The position numbers and the translations under genes are program-made. Below are positions 38,702 through 47,866 of a stretch of DNA of 64,000 bases, piece by piece (positions within the stretch are counted from its first letter, which is position 1; every line of letters begins with the position of its first letter). The notes beneath the pieces are model-generated. The model saw nothing but the letters and a program-made list of their open reading frames with translations, had not been told where the DNA came from and made no database searches. The DNA is taken from assembly GCA_035656275.1 (NCBI GenBank), contig DASRSW010000062.1, positions 986-64,985 on the forward strand. The letters are read 5' to 3'. Origin of the DNA: Thermoplasmata archaeon (lineage in GTDB: Archaea > Thermoplasmatota > Thermoplasmata > Lutacidiplasmatales > UBA184).

Positions 38702-40303
38702 ATGGGCGATCGAATCGTCATGCTCTCAGGTGCAATTGGTTCGGGTAAGTCCCTCCTCGGGAGGTCCCTAGCCGCTAGCGAGGGGGCCCGAGTATTCCGT
38801 ACGCGGGATGTGCTGAGACGACTCGTCCCTTCGGAGAGCGCGGATGACAGAAAGGCGCTCCAATCGGTTGGAGACCGACTGGACTTCGAGACAGAGCACC
38901 TGTGGGTCCTGCAGGAGTTCCATCAGTGGCTCGCTGGCCAAAGCGCTTCCAGAATGTCCGTTGTGGACTCGGTCCGTACCCTCGGCCAGGTAATGGCCTT
39001 TCGAGAGGAGTACGGGGCACGGGTGACCCGTGTCCACCTTTCGGCCCCTGTCGTCGAACTCGAGAGCAGGTACGCCCAACGCGCCCAGCCCAGTTCGGGC
39101 CGCGCGTACTCCTTTGCCGAGGCGCGGGCGAACGCCACCGAGCAGCAGATTGAGGCACTTGGGAACGTCGCAGACCTGGTCGTCGACACAAAGCGCTGCA
39201 CGCCGGCAGATGTCCTGATTCGTACACAGAGTCACTTCGGCGTGCGCCCCTCCGCGGGGCGTGGCTACGTTGACGTAGTGATCGGGGGACAGTATGGCAG
39301 CGAAGGGAAAGGTCAGATAGTCGATTTCATTTCGGAAGAGTACGACCTCCTAGTTCGGGTCGGCGGACCCAACGCCGGTCACTCGGTCTATCGAACACCG
39401 AGGCCCTACGTTCATCACCACCTTCCCTCAGGCACGCTCCGCGGATCGGCACGCCTTCTCATCGGACCTGGGGCCGTTCTGGGTGTTCAGACGCTCCTCA
39501 AGGAGATACGCGAGTGCGGGGTTGAGCAATCCAGGTTGACCATCGACGGAGGCGCTATGACGATCTCCGCGGACGACCTCACAGCCGAAAAGGGGCTCGT
39601 CGCGTCTATCGGGTCAACTGGTCAAGGTGTCGGGGCCGCGACTTCACGCCGAATCATGGGTCGTGGAACCGGGATCAAGCTGGCACGCGATGTGCCCGAC
39701 TTGGCCCAGTTCATCGGGAATGCGCTCGACGTGCTTCGGGAGACTTTCGCCTCTGGCGGGCGCGTCCTCCTCGAGGGTACCCAAGGGACCGGTTTGAGCC
39801 TATTTCATGGAAGCTACCCACATGTAACCTCGAGGGACACCACGGTCATGGGTTGCCTCTCCGAGGCCGGAATCCCACCGTCCCGAGTTCGGAGGATCGT
39901 AATGGTCTGCAGAACCTATCCAATTCGGGTTGAGAGCCCGGAGGCCGGCAGTTCAGGCCCCCTGCGTGAAATCTCTTACCAGGAGCTTGCCTCGCGCTCG
40001 CATATCGACGAAGCTGAGCTACTTGCAACCGAAAAGACTTCAACGACCCGGCGACAGCGACGCCTTGGGGAGTTTGAGTGGGACAATCTCCAACGAGCCG
40101 CGTTCTTGAACGCCCCGACCGACCTAGCGATAACGTTCGCCGACTACATCGACAAAGGCAATCGCGAAGCACACCGGTTCGAGCAGCTTTCTGAAGAGAC
40201 TATCAACTTCATCCAAGAGGTCGAGAGGGTTACTGGCGTCCCGGCCTCTCTGGTCGCGACTGGGTTCGGCGAGCGCAGTGTCATCGACCGACGGGCCTGG
40301 TAG
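38702..40303 (+). CDS. Fusion of a dNMP-kinase-like P-loop domain and an adenylosuccinate-synthetase-family domain (PurZ/PurZ0-like signature)
   Basis: GAIGSGKS, RKALQSVG and VVDSVR kinase motifs; then GGQYGSEGKG, GPNAGH, IGSTGQGVG, LEGTQG, YPHVTSRD, RTYPIRV, STTRRQRR, TFADY. Confidence 0.88.
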   Translation: MGDRIVMLSGAIGSGKSLLGRSLAASEGARVFRTRDVLRRLVPSESADDRKALQSVGDRLDFETEHLWVLQEFHQWLAGQSASRMSVVDSVRTLGQVMAFREEYGARVTRVHLSAPVVELESRYAQRAQPSSGRAYSFAEARANATEQQIEALGNVADLVVDTKRCTPADVLIRTQSHFGVRPSAGRGYVDVVIGGQYGSEGKGQIVDFISEEYDLLVRVGGPNAGHSVYRTPRPYVHHHLPSGTLRGSARLLIGPGAVLGVQTLLKEIRECGVEQSRLTIDGGAMTISADDLTAEKGLVASIGSTGQGVGAATSRRIMGRGTGIKLARDVPDLAQFIGNALDVLRETFASGGRVLLEGTQGTGLSLFHGSYPHVTSRDTTVMGCLSEAGIPPSRVRRIVMVCRTYPIRVESPEAGSSGPLREISYQELASRSHIDEAELLATEKTSTTRRQRRLGEFEWDNLQRAAFLNAPTDLAITFADYIDKGNREAHRFEQLSEETINFIQEVERVTGVPASLVATGFGERSVIDRRAW

Positions 40304-40309
40304 GATATC

Positions 40310-40984
40310 GTGCGCGAGCCTGCCCTCTTCTCCCTATATCCGACCCTCTTCCACATGGCAGAGGACGGCAGTTGGCCAAGCATTCAGGAACGGGGTCTGC
40401 TCAGCACCACCGCCCTCCTCGACGCATACGGTGTGCAAGGGCCACAGCGAGTCGCAATAGAGTCTGCCTGGCGGCCCAAGAAGGTTGTTCTCAGACGTAG
40501 AGCGCTCCCAGACGCGGTGATTCGGGATCAGATCCCATTGCGGCCCGATCTGCTCGAACCCTGTCTCGTGGGCGGAGTTACGGTCCGGGAGTGGTACAGG
40601 TTGATCAACGGACGGGTGTTCTTTTGGCCAGATCGGAGGCGGCTGCAGTGGTTTCTCTCAGCCAAGGAGTACCGCGGCGAGCCACACATCGTCTTGACCA
40701 TGGACACTCGCTCGGTAGTCCAGCGACACCGGGAGAAGATTACGCTCTCCCAAATCAACTCGGGAAGCGCGTATCCCTCCAAAAGCACCGGGGTCGCTCC
40801 TAAGCGCGGTCCCTCGACCTTTCAACCCATCGCCGAATACCCCTTCCAGTATGCGGCTGAGCTCGTAGTAGAGGGCGGTATCCCTCAGGTCAACGGTCTG
40901 GTCCGTTCCGTTGAGCGCTGGGTTGCTCACAAGTCCGGAGACGAGGAGGCTATCTACGAACTCTTGGAAAGAATCTGGCCCTAA
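40310..40984 (+). CDS. DarT-like ADP-ribosyltransferase-fold protein
   Basis: LFHMA...SIQERGLLS, RVFFW and AELVV resemble the DarT YH...GLLS, VPFY and AEFLV motifs; 6 bp downstream of the synthetase stop. Confidence 0.65.
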   Translation: MREPALFSLYPTLFHMAEDGSWPSIQERGLLSTTALLDAYGVQGPQRVAIESAWRPKKVVLRRRALPDAVIRDQIPLRPDLLEPCLVGGVTVREWYRLINGRVFFWPDRRRLQWFLSAKEYRGEPHIVLTMDTRSVVQRHREKITLSQINSGSAYPSKSTGVAPKRGPSTFQPIAEYPFQYAAELVVEGGIPQVNGLVRSVERWVAHKSGDEEAIYELLERIWP

Positions 40985-41808
40985 CTCGCAGCCTTGAACC
41001 CAAGGCCCCGTCGGCCGGCGCTGGCCAGGTCTTCATCGCGGTCGAACAGAGCAGCCCCCAAGTCGGGCTGCCCGATTCGGCAAGGGACCCCGCGACCGCA
41101 GAGCCGGTATGCCTCAACTGTCATCATGGCACCCCACATCTGCCCAATCCGCAGTCCTCTTTCCAACAAGCCCAAAGCATGCCTTGGCTGGGGAAGCAGC
41201 ACGAATACGACGTGGGACGTTCGAAAGGCAAACATCCATTCGGCGGCGCCCAGCGCCCCCAAGCGAGCCGCGAGGCGCGTTACAAAAGCGTCGCGGGGCG
41301 TGCGCGGGAAGTGCTGATACAAGAGTACCGAGTGGTCCTGGTCCAGAGCACGGCTAACTTCCACTTCGAATAGGTACTTCGACGATCGCGGCTTCCCCCG
41401 GCCCACTGACTTGACGGCGAGCCCATTGTCAGGATCAAAGAAGACGAGGTCGGATCCGTCGGAGAGCTCGAAGAAGCGGTCGAAGTACTCGTTCCGGCCA
41501 TCGGAGTCATCAACGAGATGGTCGTCGAAAAACTGGCAGTTCGACAAGATTCCCGCCTCGTGGATGGCACGCACCTCGCGTACGCCTCGGTCGATCACCT
41601 GGTGTCTGAGGAATCCGTAGACTACCGGGTCGTAGCCGCCCCAGGCATTGGGGTCAAATAGGTACGACGTGCGACTTCCATCACGACCTGTGTCGTCCGG
41701 AGTCAACGCCCAACACACGGTCGCGGCAAGTCGACCCCGCCCGGTCAGAGCCCGTATGAGGCTGTACTTCCGGTAGTCATTGAGGTCCCCGAAGTACTGG
41801 TTCTTCAT
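40981..41808 (-). CDS. Hypothetical protein, possible Rossmann-fold methyltransferase-like
   Basis: MKNQYFGDLNDYRKY and DLVFFDPDNG (DPPY-like position); stop overlaps the stop of the DarT-like gene. Confidence 0.6.
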   Translation of the reverse strand: MKNQYFGDLNDYRKYSLIRALTGRGRLAATVCWALTPDDTGRDGSRTSYLFDPNAWGGYDPVVYGFLRHQVIDRGVREVRAIHEAGILSNCQFFDDHLVDDSDGRNEYFDRFFELSDGSDLVFFDPDNGLAVKSVGRGKPRSSKYLFEVEVSRALDQDHSVLLYQHFPRTPRDAFVTRLAARLGALGAAEWMFAFRTSHVVFVLLPQPRHALGLLERGLRIGQMWGAMMTVEAYRLCGRGVPCRIGQPDLGAALFDRDEDLASAGRRGLGFKAAS

Positions 41809-41859
41809 CTCAAAGAACACCCCCCTTGGCATTTCGAACCAATGCACGGTGGTCCGAGG

Positions 41860-42051
41860 TCACGTGGACCTCACTAGAACCGCGAACGCACTGAGCCCAC
41901 CGTATCTTCGCCCAACGGTCAAGGTCCCGTTGGGAGCGACCTGCAGATCGACCAAGACCTCGACAAAGCTATCGCTGCTGATCGTCCCCATCAGTCGGCG
42001 CTTTCGCTCCCCCACGGTCAGAGACTGAGACTTCTGGCCGGCTTTCCCCAC
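41860..42051 (-). CDS. Small protein, possibly AbrB-like
   Basis: LQVAPNGTLTVGRRYGG beta-hairpin pattern. Confidence 0.35.
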   Translation of the reverse strand: MGKAGQKSQSLTVGERKRRLMGTISSDSFVEVLVDLQVAPNGTLTVGRRYGGLSAFAVLVRST

Positions 42052-42908
42052 GGCTCGAATGTGGGCTGTTCACGTACTTAATTCGTTCGCATGCGTTTTG
42101 ACTACAGTCAATCATCTTCTGTAGACGGTGTCCGAGGAGGTCACGCCCAAGGTCCACGTACCCGCAACGACCTCGGCGGAGGGCGCCCCCGGGGAGAAAC
42201 GCGGGGTTCAGGCGCCCAGAAGTGCCGAGGAGCAAGGAAGAATTCGACGGCAAGCACGGTCGAGTTTGGCGTCCACTTGGTTTCGGGTCAGGGTTGCTGC
42301 TTCATTCCGATCGCGCTGAAGCGCCTATCCCTCCGCCACAAGCTCGCTGCGTTGTATCCATCGGCGACGGTGCCATCCAGTCCGCATGGCTGGGCGTAGA
42401 TGCTCGCGCGCGAAAGCTGAGAACGAGTCGCTTCTCAACCGCACCTGCTCCTCTCCTTTCCCAGCCCCATTTCAACGATGGGCAATTCAAACCTGGAGCC
42501 ATTCGCGCTTCCCCCGTCGGACAGTACGGATGCCTCGCCATGAACCCGCCTCATGCGGGCCGCCTGTGACGCGCCCTCAATACCCCGGTGTTGGGCTCGC
42601 TCCGAATCTGTCGCGACGGCCGCTACACCCCCGTCAAGTAGGGTCGGCCCCCTAGGAAGTTGCCCGATTCCCTCCTATGGCGTCGTGCCGAGTCTCCCGG
42701 CACTCGATGACTATCGCTTTGGACGACGGACGAACGCTTACCCTGAGCCTGCCCCGGGCCGATTCGGTGGAGAAGTCGGCGGAATCAGTCCGCCGGCTCC
42801 TGATTCTCGATTCTGTGGTCATCGAAGACGATATCGTGGCTTGACGGCGGTGTCCTGTCCCTCGCTGAGCGTGCGTTTACCCCAGATGGCTGTCTGATGA
42901 GTCCTACT

Positions 42909-44393
42909 TCAGTGCAGTCGGCCGTCGTTGTCCGTCCGAGGGATCGGAGTGGGCCTTAGGATTGCACGGTTGGGTCCCAGTTGGGCCACGAACTCATAAC
43001 CCGACCCGATGAAGCGCTCCGCCTCGGCGAGGGAGACCACTCGCTGAGTCGAGGGAGGGCTGGGGGTGGCAGCCGGGGTCTGGAAAGGTAGTTCCTCGTT
43101 CGTGGCGGTGGTGCGTTGACCAGACCGCTTCCCGGGCTCTCCTCGGCTCTTCTCCTGCTCCGCCAGCATCTTCGCGAGGAACTCGATCGCCTCGGGCTCG
43201 CGGAGTAGCGCCGCCAAGCGCTCCTCCGCGCTCCGAGCTTCCTCGATTTGCTTCACGGCTGGAAGGGAGAGGGGGCCTCCGCAGGTCATGCAATACACTG
43301 CGCCGGGCGGGTTGACCGTCTTACAACGACCGCATCTGGACGGAGCCCGGCTAGGCTCCGGATTCTCCCTCGGGTCTGGCACTTTCACCCCGTAGCGTGC
43401 ATTCAGTGCACCGATCACATCCTTCCCACTCAAGTGGACGTAGTGCCGGGCGACGTCGCTCCCGGGAACCCACCCTGCTACCTTCTCGAGAATGGAGGTC
43501 GAGATTGCTGGGTCCTTAGCGAGTATAGTCAGCCGGGATCGGCGCAGCGCGTAGGCCGTCACCGGCTTCTTTATGCCCGCCCGCAGTGCGGCGGTCTCGA
43601 GCGCCTTGTACATCGCGCGATACGTGGCCGGCCTTCCCGACCGTTCCCCGCCCAAGTCGACCCAGAGAGGGGAGGAGGTGTCTTCCCGAGCCGGATGAGC
43701 GTTCAGCCAGGCCAGCAGCGCCGGGACCGCATCCTCGTAAACCGGGGCCGGCTCCGGGGCGGACCCTTTCTCCCGACTGACTCTGAGCTCGATGTATCCC
43801 TCGTCGTGAGGAACTACATCGCAAATCCGAAGTCGGTAGATCTCGCCAGGTCGGCAGCCGGAATTGAATAGTGTCCAGATCCAGGCCTTGTCACGGAAGT
43901 TCAGCGCCGCGTCAGCGATCCGAGCGACGTCCTCACGGGAGAGCATGTCCGATGGACCAGCCACGGGTTTCCATTTCTCCAGGCGGATTCGGAGCCAAGA
44001 AGGGTACTCCCTTCCCTGGCGGGCGAACCACCATCGCCAGAACGTTCCCAAGCAGTTCGTACCGGTCGCCCGTGTAGCTCGGGCGTAGACGCCCGGAGGA
44101 AAGGCCGCTGTGAATGCAGCCGGGGTCTCCTTGTCGGGGGAGAGGAAACGTGAGCCCAGCCGGGACGCTGCCAAAGGCAGCCAGGTTAGGAATGTCCGGA
44201 TCCGGACCTCGCTGACCTCGGGCCGGCGGGCCGAGACAAAAGCGAGAATCGCGTCCCGTTCAGATCGCTCGAGGTCGAGGACCGTGCCGACGGGTCCCCC
44301 CCCACCCAACTGAGCGAGACGTTTCTCGACGTAGCCAGACACGAGGTGGACGTCCCCGAACGGATCTTCGCGAAGTCGCTTCCGGCCCGCCAT
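42909..44393 (-). CDS. Tyrosine recombinase/integrase with C-terminal zinc ribbon
   Basis: SGCRPGE (R), YALRRSR (H/Y-x-x-R), AGW, RHYVH (catalytic Tyr); CGRC...CMTC; adjacent to the tRNA. Confidence 0.93.
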   Translation of the reverse strand: MAGRKRLREDPFGDVHLVSGYVEKRLAQLGGGGPVGTVLDLERSERDAILAFVSARRPEVSEVRIRTFLTWLPLAASRLGSRFLSPDKETPAAFTAAFPPGVYARATRATGTNCLGTFWRWWFARQGREYPSWLRIRLEKWKPVAGPSDMLSREDVARIADAALNFRDKAWIWTLFNSGCRPGEIYRLRICDVVPHDEGYIELRVSREKGSAPEPAPVYEDAVPALLAWLNAHPAREDTSSPLWVDLGGERSGRPATYRAMYKALETAALRAGIKKPVTAYALRRSRLTILAKDPAISTSILEKVAGWVPGSDVARHYVHLSGKDVIGALNARYGVKVPDPRENPEPSRAPSRCGRCKTVNPPGAVYCMTCGGPLSLPAVKQIEEARSAEERLAALLREPEAIEFLAKMLAEQEKSRGEPGKRSGQRTTATNEELPFQTPAATPSPPSTQRVVSLAEAERFIGSGYEFVAQLGPNRAILRPTPIPRTDNDGRLH

Positions 44394-44436
44394 CGCCCTG
44401 ACGGAGAGGCAACATGGGATATGAACTGAACGGGAA

Positions 44437-44509
44437 AGCCGCGGGAGGGGTTTGAACCCTCGACCTGCTCCTTACCAAGGAGCCGCTCTGCCAGCTGAGC
44501 CACCGCGGC
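44437..44509 (-). tRNA. tRNA-Thr(GGT)
   Basis: GCCGCGG acceptor stem, TGGCTCAGCTGGCAGAGC D-arm, GCTCC-TTGGTAA-GGAGC anticodon arm, GAGGG-TTCAAAC-CCCTC T-arm; no encoded CCA. Confidence 0.97.
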
Positions 44510-44529
44510 GCGTTGGGGGCTGACGCGTT

Positions 44530-45390
44530 TCAGTTCTTCCGCTTTGCCCCCGGCGGTGGCGGGGAGGATGCCCACGGAAACCCCTCCGAGAGCCGGTCCC
44601 AGTTCTCGCGGTCGCCCGGATTCCACGACCTCTTCTCGAGGAACGCCTGCATCCCGGCCTTCTGGTCGGGCGTCCCGAACAGTCGGGACCATAGTTCGAG
44701 TTCGTACGCGAGGTCGGCCTCACGCCCCGGGTCGAGGGCGTGGTTGAGCGCGTACTTGGCCGCCGCGAGCGCGGTCGACGATTTCTGGGAAAGTTCGTCC
44801 GCGAGACCTCGGGCGGCTCGGTCGAGCTCGGCCCGCGGCACGACCTGGTCGACCAGACCCTGCTCCAGCGCCTCGGGGGCTCGCACAGAACGCCCCGTCA
44901 GGATCCAGTGGCGCGCCCGGGCGGCCCCGATTCGGCGAGGAAGGCGCTGGGTCCCTCCCCACCCCGGCATGACGCCGAGGTTGATCTCCGGTTGCCCAAA
45001 CACGGCGTCGTCGCTCGCCACGATGAAGTCGCAGGCGAGCGCGATCTCGGTGCCCCCGCCGAGGCAGGATCCGTGGACCGCGGCGATCACCGGAAGGGGA
45101 AGCTCCTCGATCGTCACCGTCACCCCCTGTCCACGGCGGCCGTGGTGGCGGGCTTCCGCAGGACCCATCGGCGCCATCTCGCGAATGTTCGCGCCTGCGG
45201 CGAACGCTCGCTCCGCCGCGCCCTTCAGCACGACGACGCGGGCCCCCCGGTCGCCTTCCGCGTGACCGAGGGCCTCCGAGAGCGCGACGAGGACCTCGCC
45301 GCTCAGGACGTTCACGGGGGGATGGTCGATCGTCAGGACTGCGACAGGTCCGTCGCGTTCGTAGCGCACCAGCGGACGGTCGGGAGTCAT
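44530..45390 (-). CDS. Enoyl-CoA hydratase/isomerase family protein
   Basis: AFAAGANI, GGGTEIALACD, FGQPEINLGVMPGWGGTQRL. Confidence 0.95.
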   Translation of the reverse strand: MTPDRPLVRYERDGPVAVLTIDHPPVNVLSGEVLVALSEALGHAEGDRGARVVVLKGAAERAFAAGANIREMAPMGPAEARHHGRRGQGVTVTIEELPLPVIAAVHGSCLGGGTEIALACDFIVASDDAVFGQPEINLGVMPGWGGTQRLPRRIGAARARHWILTGRSVRAPEALEQGLVDQVVPRAELDRAARGLADELSQKSSTALAAAKYALNHALDPGREADLAYELELWSRLFGTPDQKAGMQAFLEKRSWNPGDRENWDRLSEGFPWASSPPPPGAKRKN

Positions 45391-45411
45391 CGAGGGGGCG
45401 ACTCCGCCCCG

Positions 45412-45419
45412 ATTATAAA
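45412..45419 (-). promoter_or_regulatory. Archaeal TATA box
   Basis: TTTATAAT on the minus strand about 22-29 bp upstream of ATG 45390. Confidence 0.55.
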
Positions 45420-45457
45420 GCGCAGTCTTGGGCGCGTATCGGTCGCGTCAGGGTCGG

Positions 45458-46843
45458 TCACTTTCCTCCAGGCGATCGCTCGTCCGCGACGGGGAGCACG
45501 AGGGGGCGAAGGTGGGTGTGCTGGGGGAGCACGGTAGCGAGGTCGTCGAGACAGCCGACGCTCGCGTCGATATTCCCCCACTTCGGATGTACGAGCATCC
45601 CCTCGGCGACGAGGTCCCACTGGGGCGGGTCGGCCGGCCCGTCGACCGCGACCCCCAAGAACGGCTGGCCCGCGTGGCCGGCCCGATGGAACGCCGCGTA
45701 GCTCTCGACGATCTGGACGCCCGCGTACTTCCCGACGCCATGCCAGATCGCTCCGTCCTCCGGAGATACGAGCATGTAGATCGCGAACTGCGGCGAAGCC
45801 GGCGTCACGGCAAAGTCGTACTCCTGGAAACGGGACGGTTCCAACGAGAAGGCGGCCTCCGCGGCGGCGTGCGCCACATCCTCGGGGTCGACCTCGTTCG
45901 GATAGAGCGGGCCAGATCCGTAGCGGACCTCGACCCGTTCCACCCGTTCTTCGTTGACGATGATCTTGCCCCGGGCGAGCCGCTTCGACGCGGCCTTATC
46001 CGGAGCATGCGGCACCGCCGGAAGGAGGGTCTTCCGACGACCGAACTCCCGTCCAAAAAGCCCGTAGAGCTCGCGGAGGGTCGCGACGTCCCGGTGTGTG
46101 GCGGAGATCATCCGGTGCAGGAGACCGCTCGAGGACTCCGCGGTCAACGTGGCGAGCGGCATTCGGAGCGCCGGAATCCCCAAGTCGATGCCGAGGGTCT
46201 GAGACGCCTCCGCGAGCTGGCGGTACTTGACGCGGTCCACGAAGTCCACATAGCTTCCGTCGGTGACGGTCCCCAGCTCCTCCTCGATCACCCGGAGGTC
46301 GGGGTCGCCGATCAGCTTCCCTCGGTACTTTTCCACGAAGCCGGGGTCGAGGGAGAGCCCCTCGGTCCGGACCTCCGCGACCGCGCGCGCGCTCTGGCCC
46401 GACGCCACGATCGAGGCCCGGAGAGGATTGACCGAATACCGGTCCGGCTCGATATCGTCCACATTGAGTACGAACGGGACCACGCCCTCCTTCGGCGGGG
46501 CCCCCAACCGGGTCTTCATCTCGGCGAGGTCCCGCGGCTGGGGCCGTTGTCCCGGGTGGTCTCGCGCAAACGGCGCACTCACCTCGAGGAGCCGGGCCAG
46601 GAGCACGCCCTGGAGCTCCTCGAGGGTGACCTGGGGATTGGCGTACTCGACCGAAGTGCGGAGGAGGAACGTTTCCCCCGGCACAGACACGGGGTTGCGT
46701 CGGGACCCTTCGAAACGGAACAGCGGGACGGGGGGTCGCTGCCGCGCCGACCGGGTGCGCAGGGCCTCCGCCAGCGATTCGACCGCCGGCCACGAGTTCG
46801 TATGGAAGGAGGTCAGGAGCTGGCTGATGATCGCCTCCGACAT
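45458..46843 (-). CDS. Hypothetical protein, about 460 aa
   Basis: Core-like GC3 bias; start at MSEAIISQLL; no recognised motif. Confidence 0.75.
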   Translation of the reverse strand: MSEAIISQLLTSFHTNSWPAVESLAEALRTRSARQRPPVPLFRFEGSRRNPVSVPGETFLLRTSVEYANPQVTLEELQGVLLARLLEVSAPFARDHPGQRPQPRDLAEMKTRLGAPPKEGVVPFVLNVDDIEPDRYSVNPLRASIVASGQSARAVAEVRTEGLSLDPGFVEKYRGKLIGDPDLRVIEEELGTVTDGSYVDFVDRVKYRQLAEASQTLGIDLGIPALRMPLATLTAESSSGLLHRMISATHRDVATLRELYGLFGREFGRRKTLLPAVPHAPDKAASKRLARGKIIVNEERVERVEVRYGSGPLYPNEVDPEDVAHAAAEAAFSLEPSRFQEYDFAVTPASPQFAIYMLVSPEDGAIWHGVGKYAGVQIVESYAAFHRAGHAGQPFLGVAVDGPADPPQWDLVAEGMLVHPKWGNIDASVGCLDDLATVLPQHTHLRPLVLPVADERSPGGK

Positions 46844-47110
46844 GGATGGCAACTCGCGACTCTTCCCCCACAATTGAACTCTTGGGCGGGCCGGCCCGAG
46901 GCGGATGGTTCATGGGAACGAATGGCCGTCCCGCGCCCCGTTGACGGCCGGAAAGAGCGACCGCGCATGGGATTTGGACGTCGAGCGGCGACGCAAGCCC
47001 CGAAAGCGCAGGGTGCGTTACCGTCACGCGCGGAACGCGAAAGGGACCGCGCGCGCAGGGGCCTCCACGGGGGGCGGGACCCGTCCCGCGCCACGGTAGG
47101 CGGCAAGCCT

Positions 47111-47866
47111 ATGGCGGGGGCGACGCTGGGCCGGAAAGTGCGCGCGCTGATCACGGGCGCCTCGAGGGGAATCGGAGCCGCGACCGCCCGGCGGCTCGCC
47201 GGACCCGGCGTAGAGCTGGCGCTGCATTTCCACGAGCACCGGGCCGAGGCGGAGAACGTCCAATCCGAGGTCGTTGCCCGGGGGGCTTCCGCTTTCCTCG
47301 TACCGGGGAACCTCGAGGATCCGGACGAGACCCACGGGGTCAGTGAAGCAGTACGATCGGAGTGGGACACTCTGGACGCGCTGGTGCTGAACGCGGGGGC
47401 GTACCCGCGGGCGCCCTTCGAAGAGATTAGCGAGGCCCAGTTTGAGGCATGCGTCCGGTTGAATTTGCTGAGCCCCGCGCAACTCGTTCGTGAGCTTCTC
47501 CCCTCGATGCGACGCGCGGCTTCGGGCCGGATCGTCCTCGTGTCGAGCGTTCTCGCCGTGACCGGCTCCGCGCACGGCGCCCACTACGCGGCGGCGAAGG
47601 CGGGGCTCCTCGGGTTGGGCCGGTCGCTCGCGCGCGAGCTCGCCCCGGCCATCACCGTGAACGTCGTGGCCCCCGGCTCGATCGACACGGCGATCCTCGC
47701 GGGAGACTCCGCCGGCCAGCGGGCGGAGCGCCACCGGACGATCCCCCTGGGACGGCTGGGAACGCCGGAGGAGGTCGCGAGTTCGATCGCCTTTCTGTTG
47801 GGCCCTGAGGCGGCCTATATCACCGGGACGACCGTCCACGTGAACGGGGGGGTGTATCTCTCGTGA
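47111..47866 (+). CDS. SDR family oxidoreductase (FabG-like)
   Basis: TGASRGIG, LNAG, YAAAK, VAPG, IPLGRLG. Confidence 0.93.
   Translation: MAGATLGRKVRALITGASRGIGAATARRLAGPGVELALHFHEHRAEAENVQSEVVARGASAFLVPGNLEDPDETHGVSEAVRSEWDTLDALVLNAGAYPRAPFEEISEAQFEACVRLNLLSPAQLVRELLPSMRRAASGRIVLVSSVLAVTGSAHGAHYAAAKAGLLGLGRSLARELAPAITVNVVAPGSIDTAILAGDSAGQRAERHRTIPLGRLGTPEEVASSIAFLLGPEAAYITGTTVHVNGGVYLS

Larger units (their letters stand above)
1..44436. mobile_element. Integrated genomic/defence island adjoining the 3' end of tRNA-Thr(GGT); left end not found in the window
   Basis: Tyrosine integrase starts 44 bp from the tRNA 3' end. Left of about 44.4 kb the sequence is visibly less GC-rich, has long spacers, pseudogenes and defence-type genes. 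Right of the tRNA it is dense housekeeping sequence. Confidence 0.85.

Noticed and set aside
38702..40303. Housekeeping purA, or evidence of a Z-genome provirus
   Set aside because: Ser replaces the catalytic Asp, the kinase fusion and island location are atypical for purA, and no capsid, terminase, polymerase, DatZ or MazZ genes are recognisable
46880..47110. SRP RNA or RNase P RNA
   Set aside because: I could not find the SRP helix 8 (GGAAGG-AGCAG) or RNase P (GAGGAAAGUCC-like) signatures on either strand
45428..47110. N-terminal extension of the 812-aa SDR ORF
   Set aside because: Antisense shadow of the minus-strand gene; SDR motifs begin only after ATG 47111
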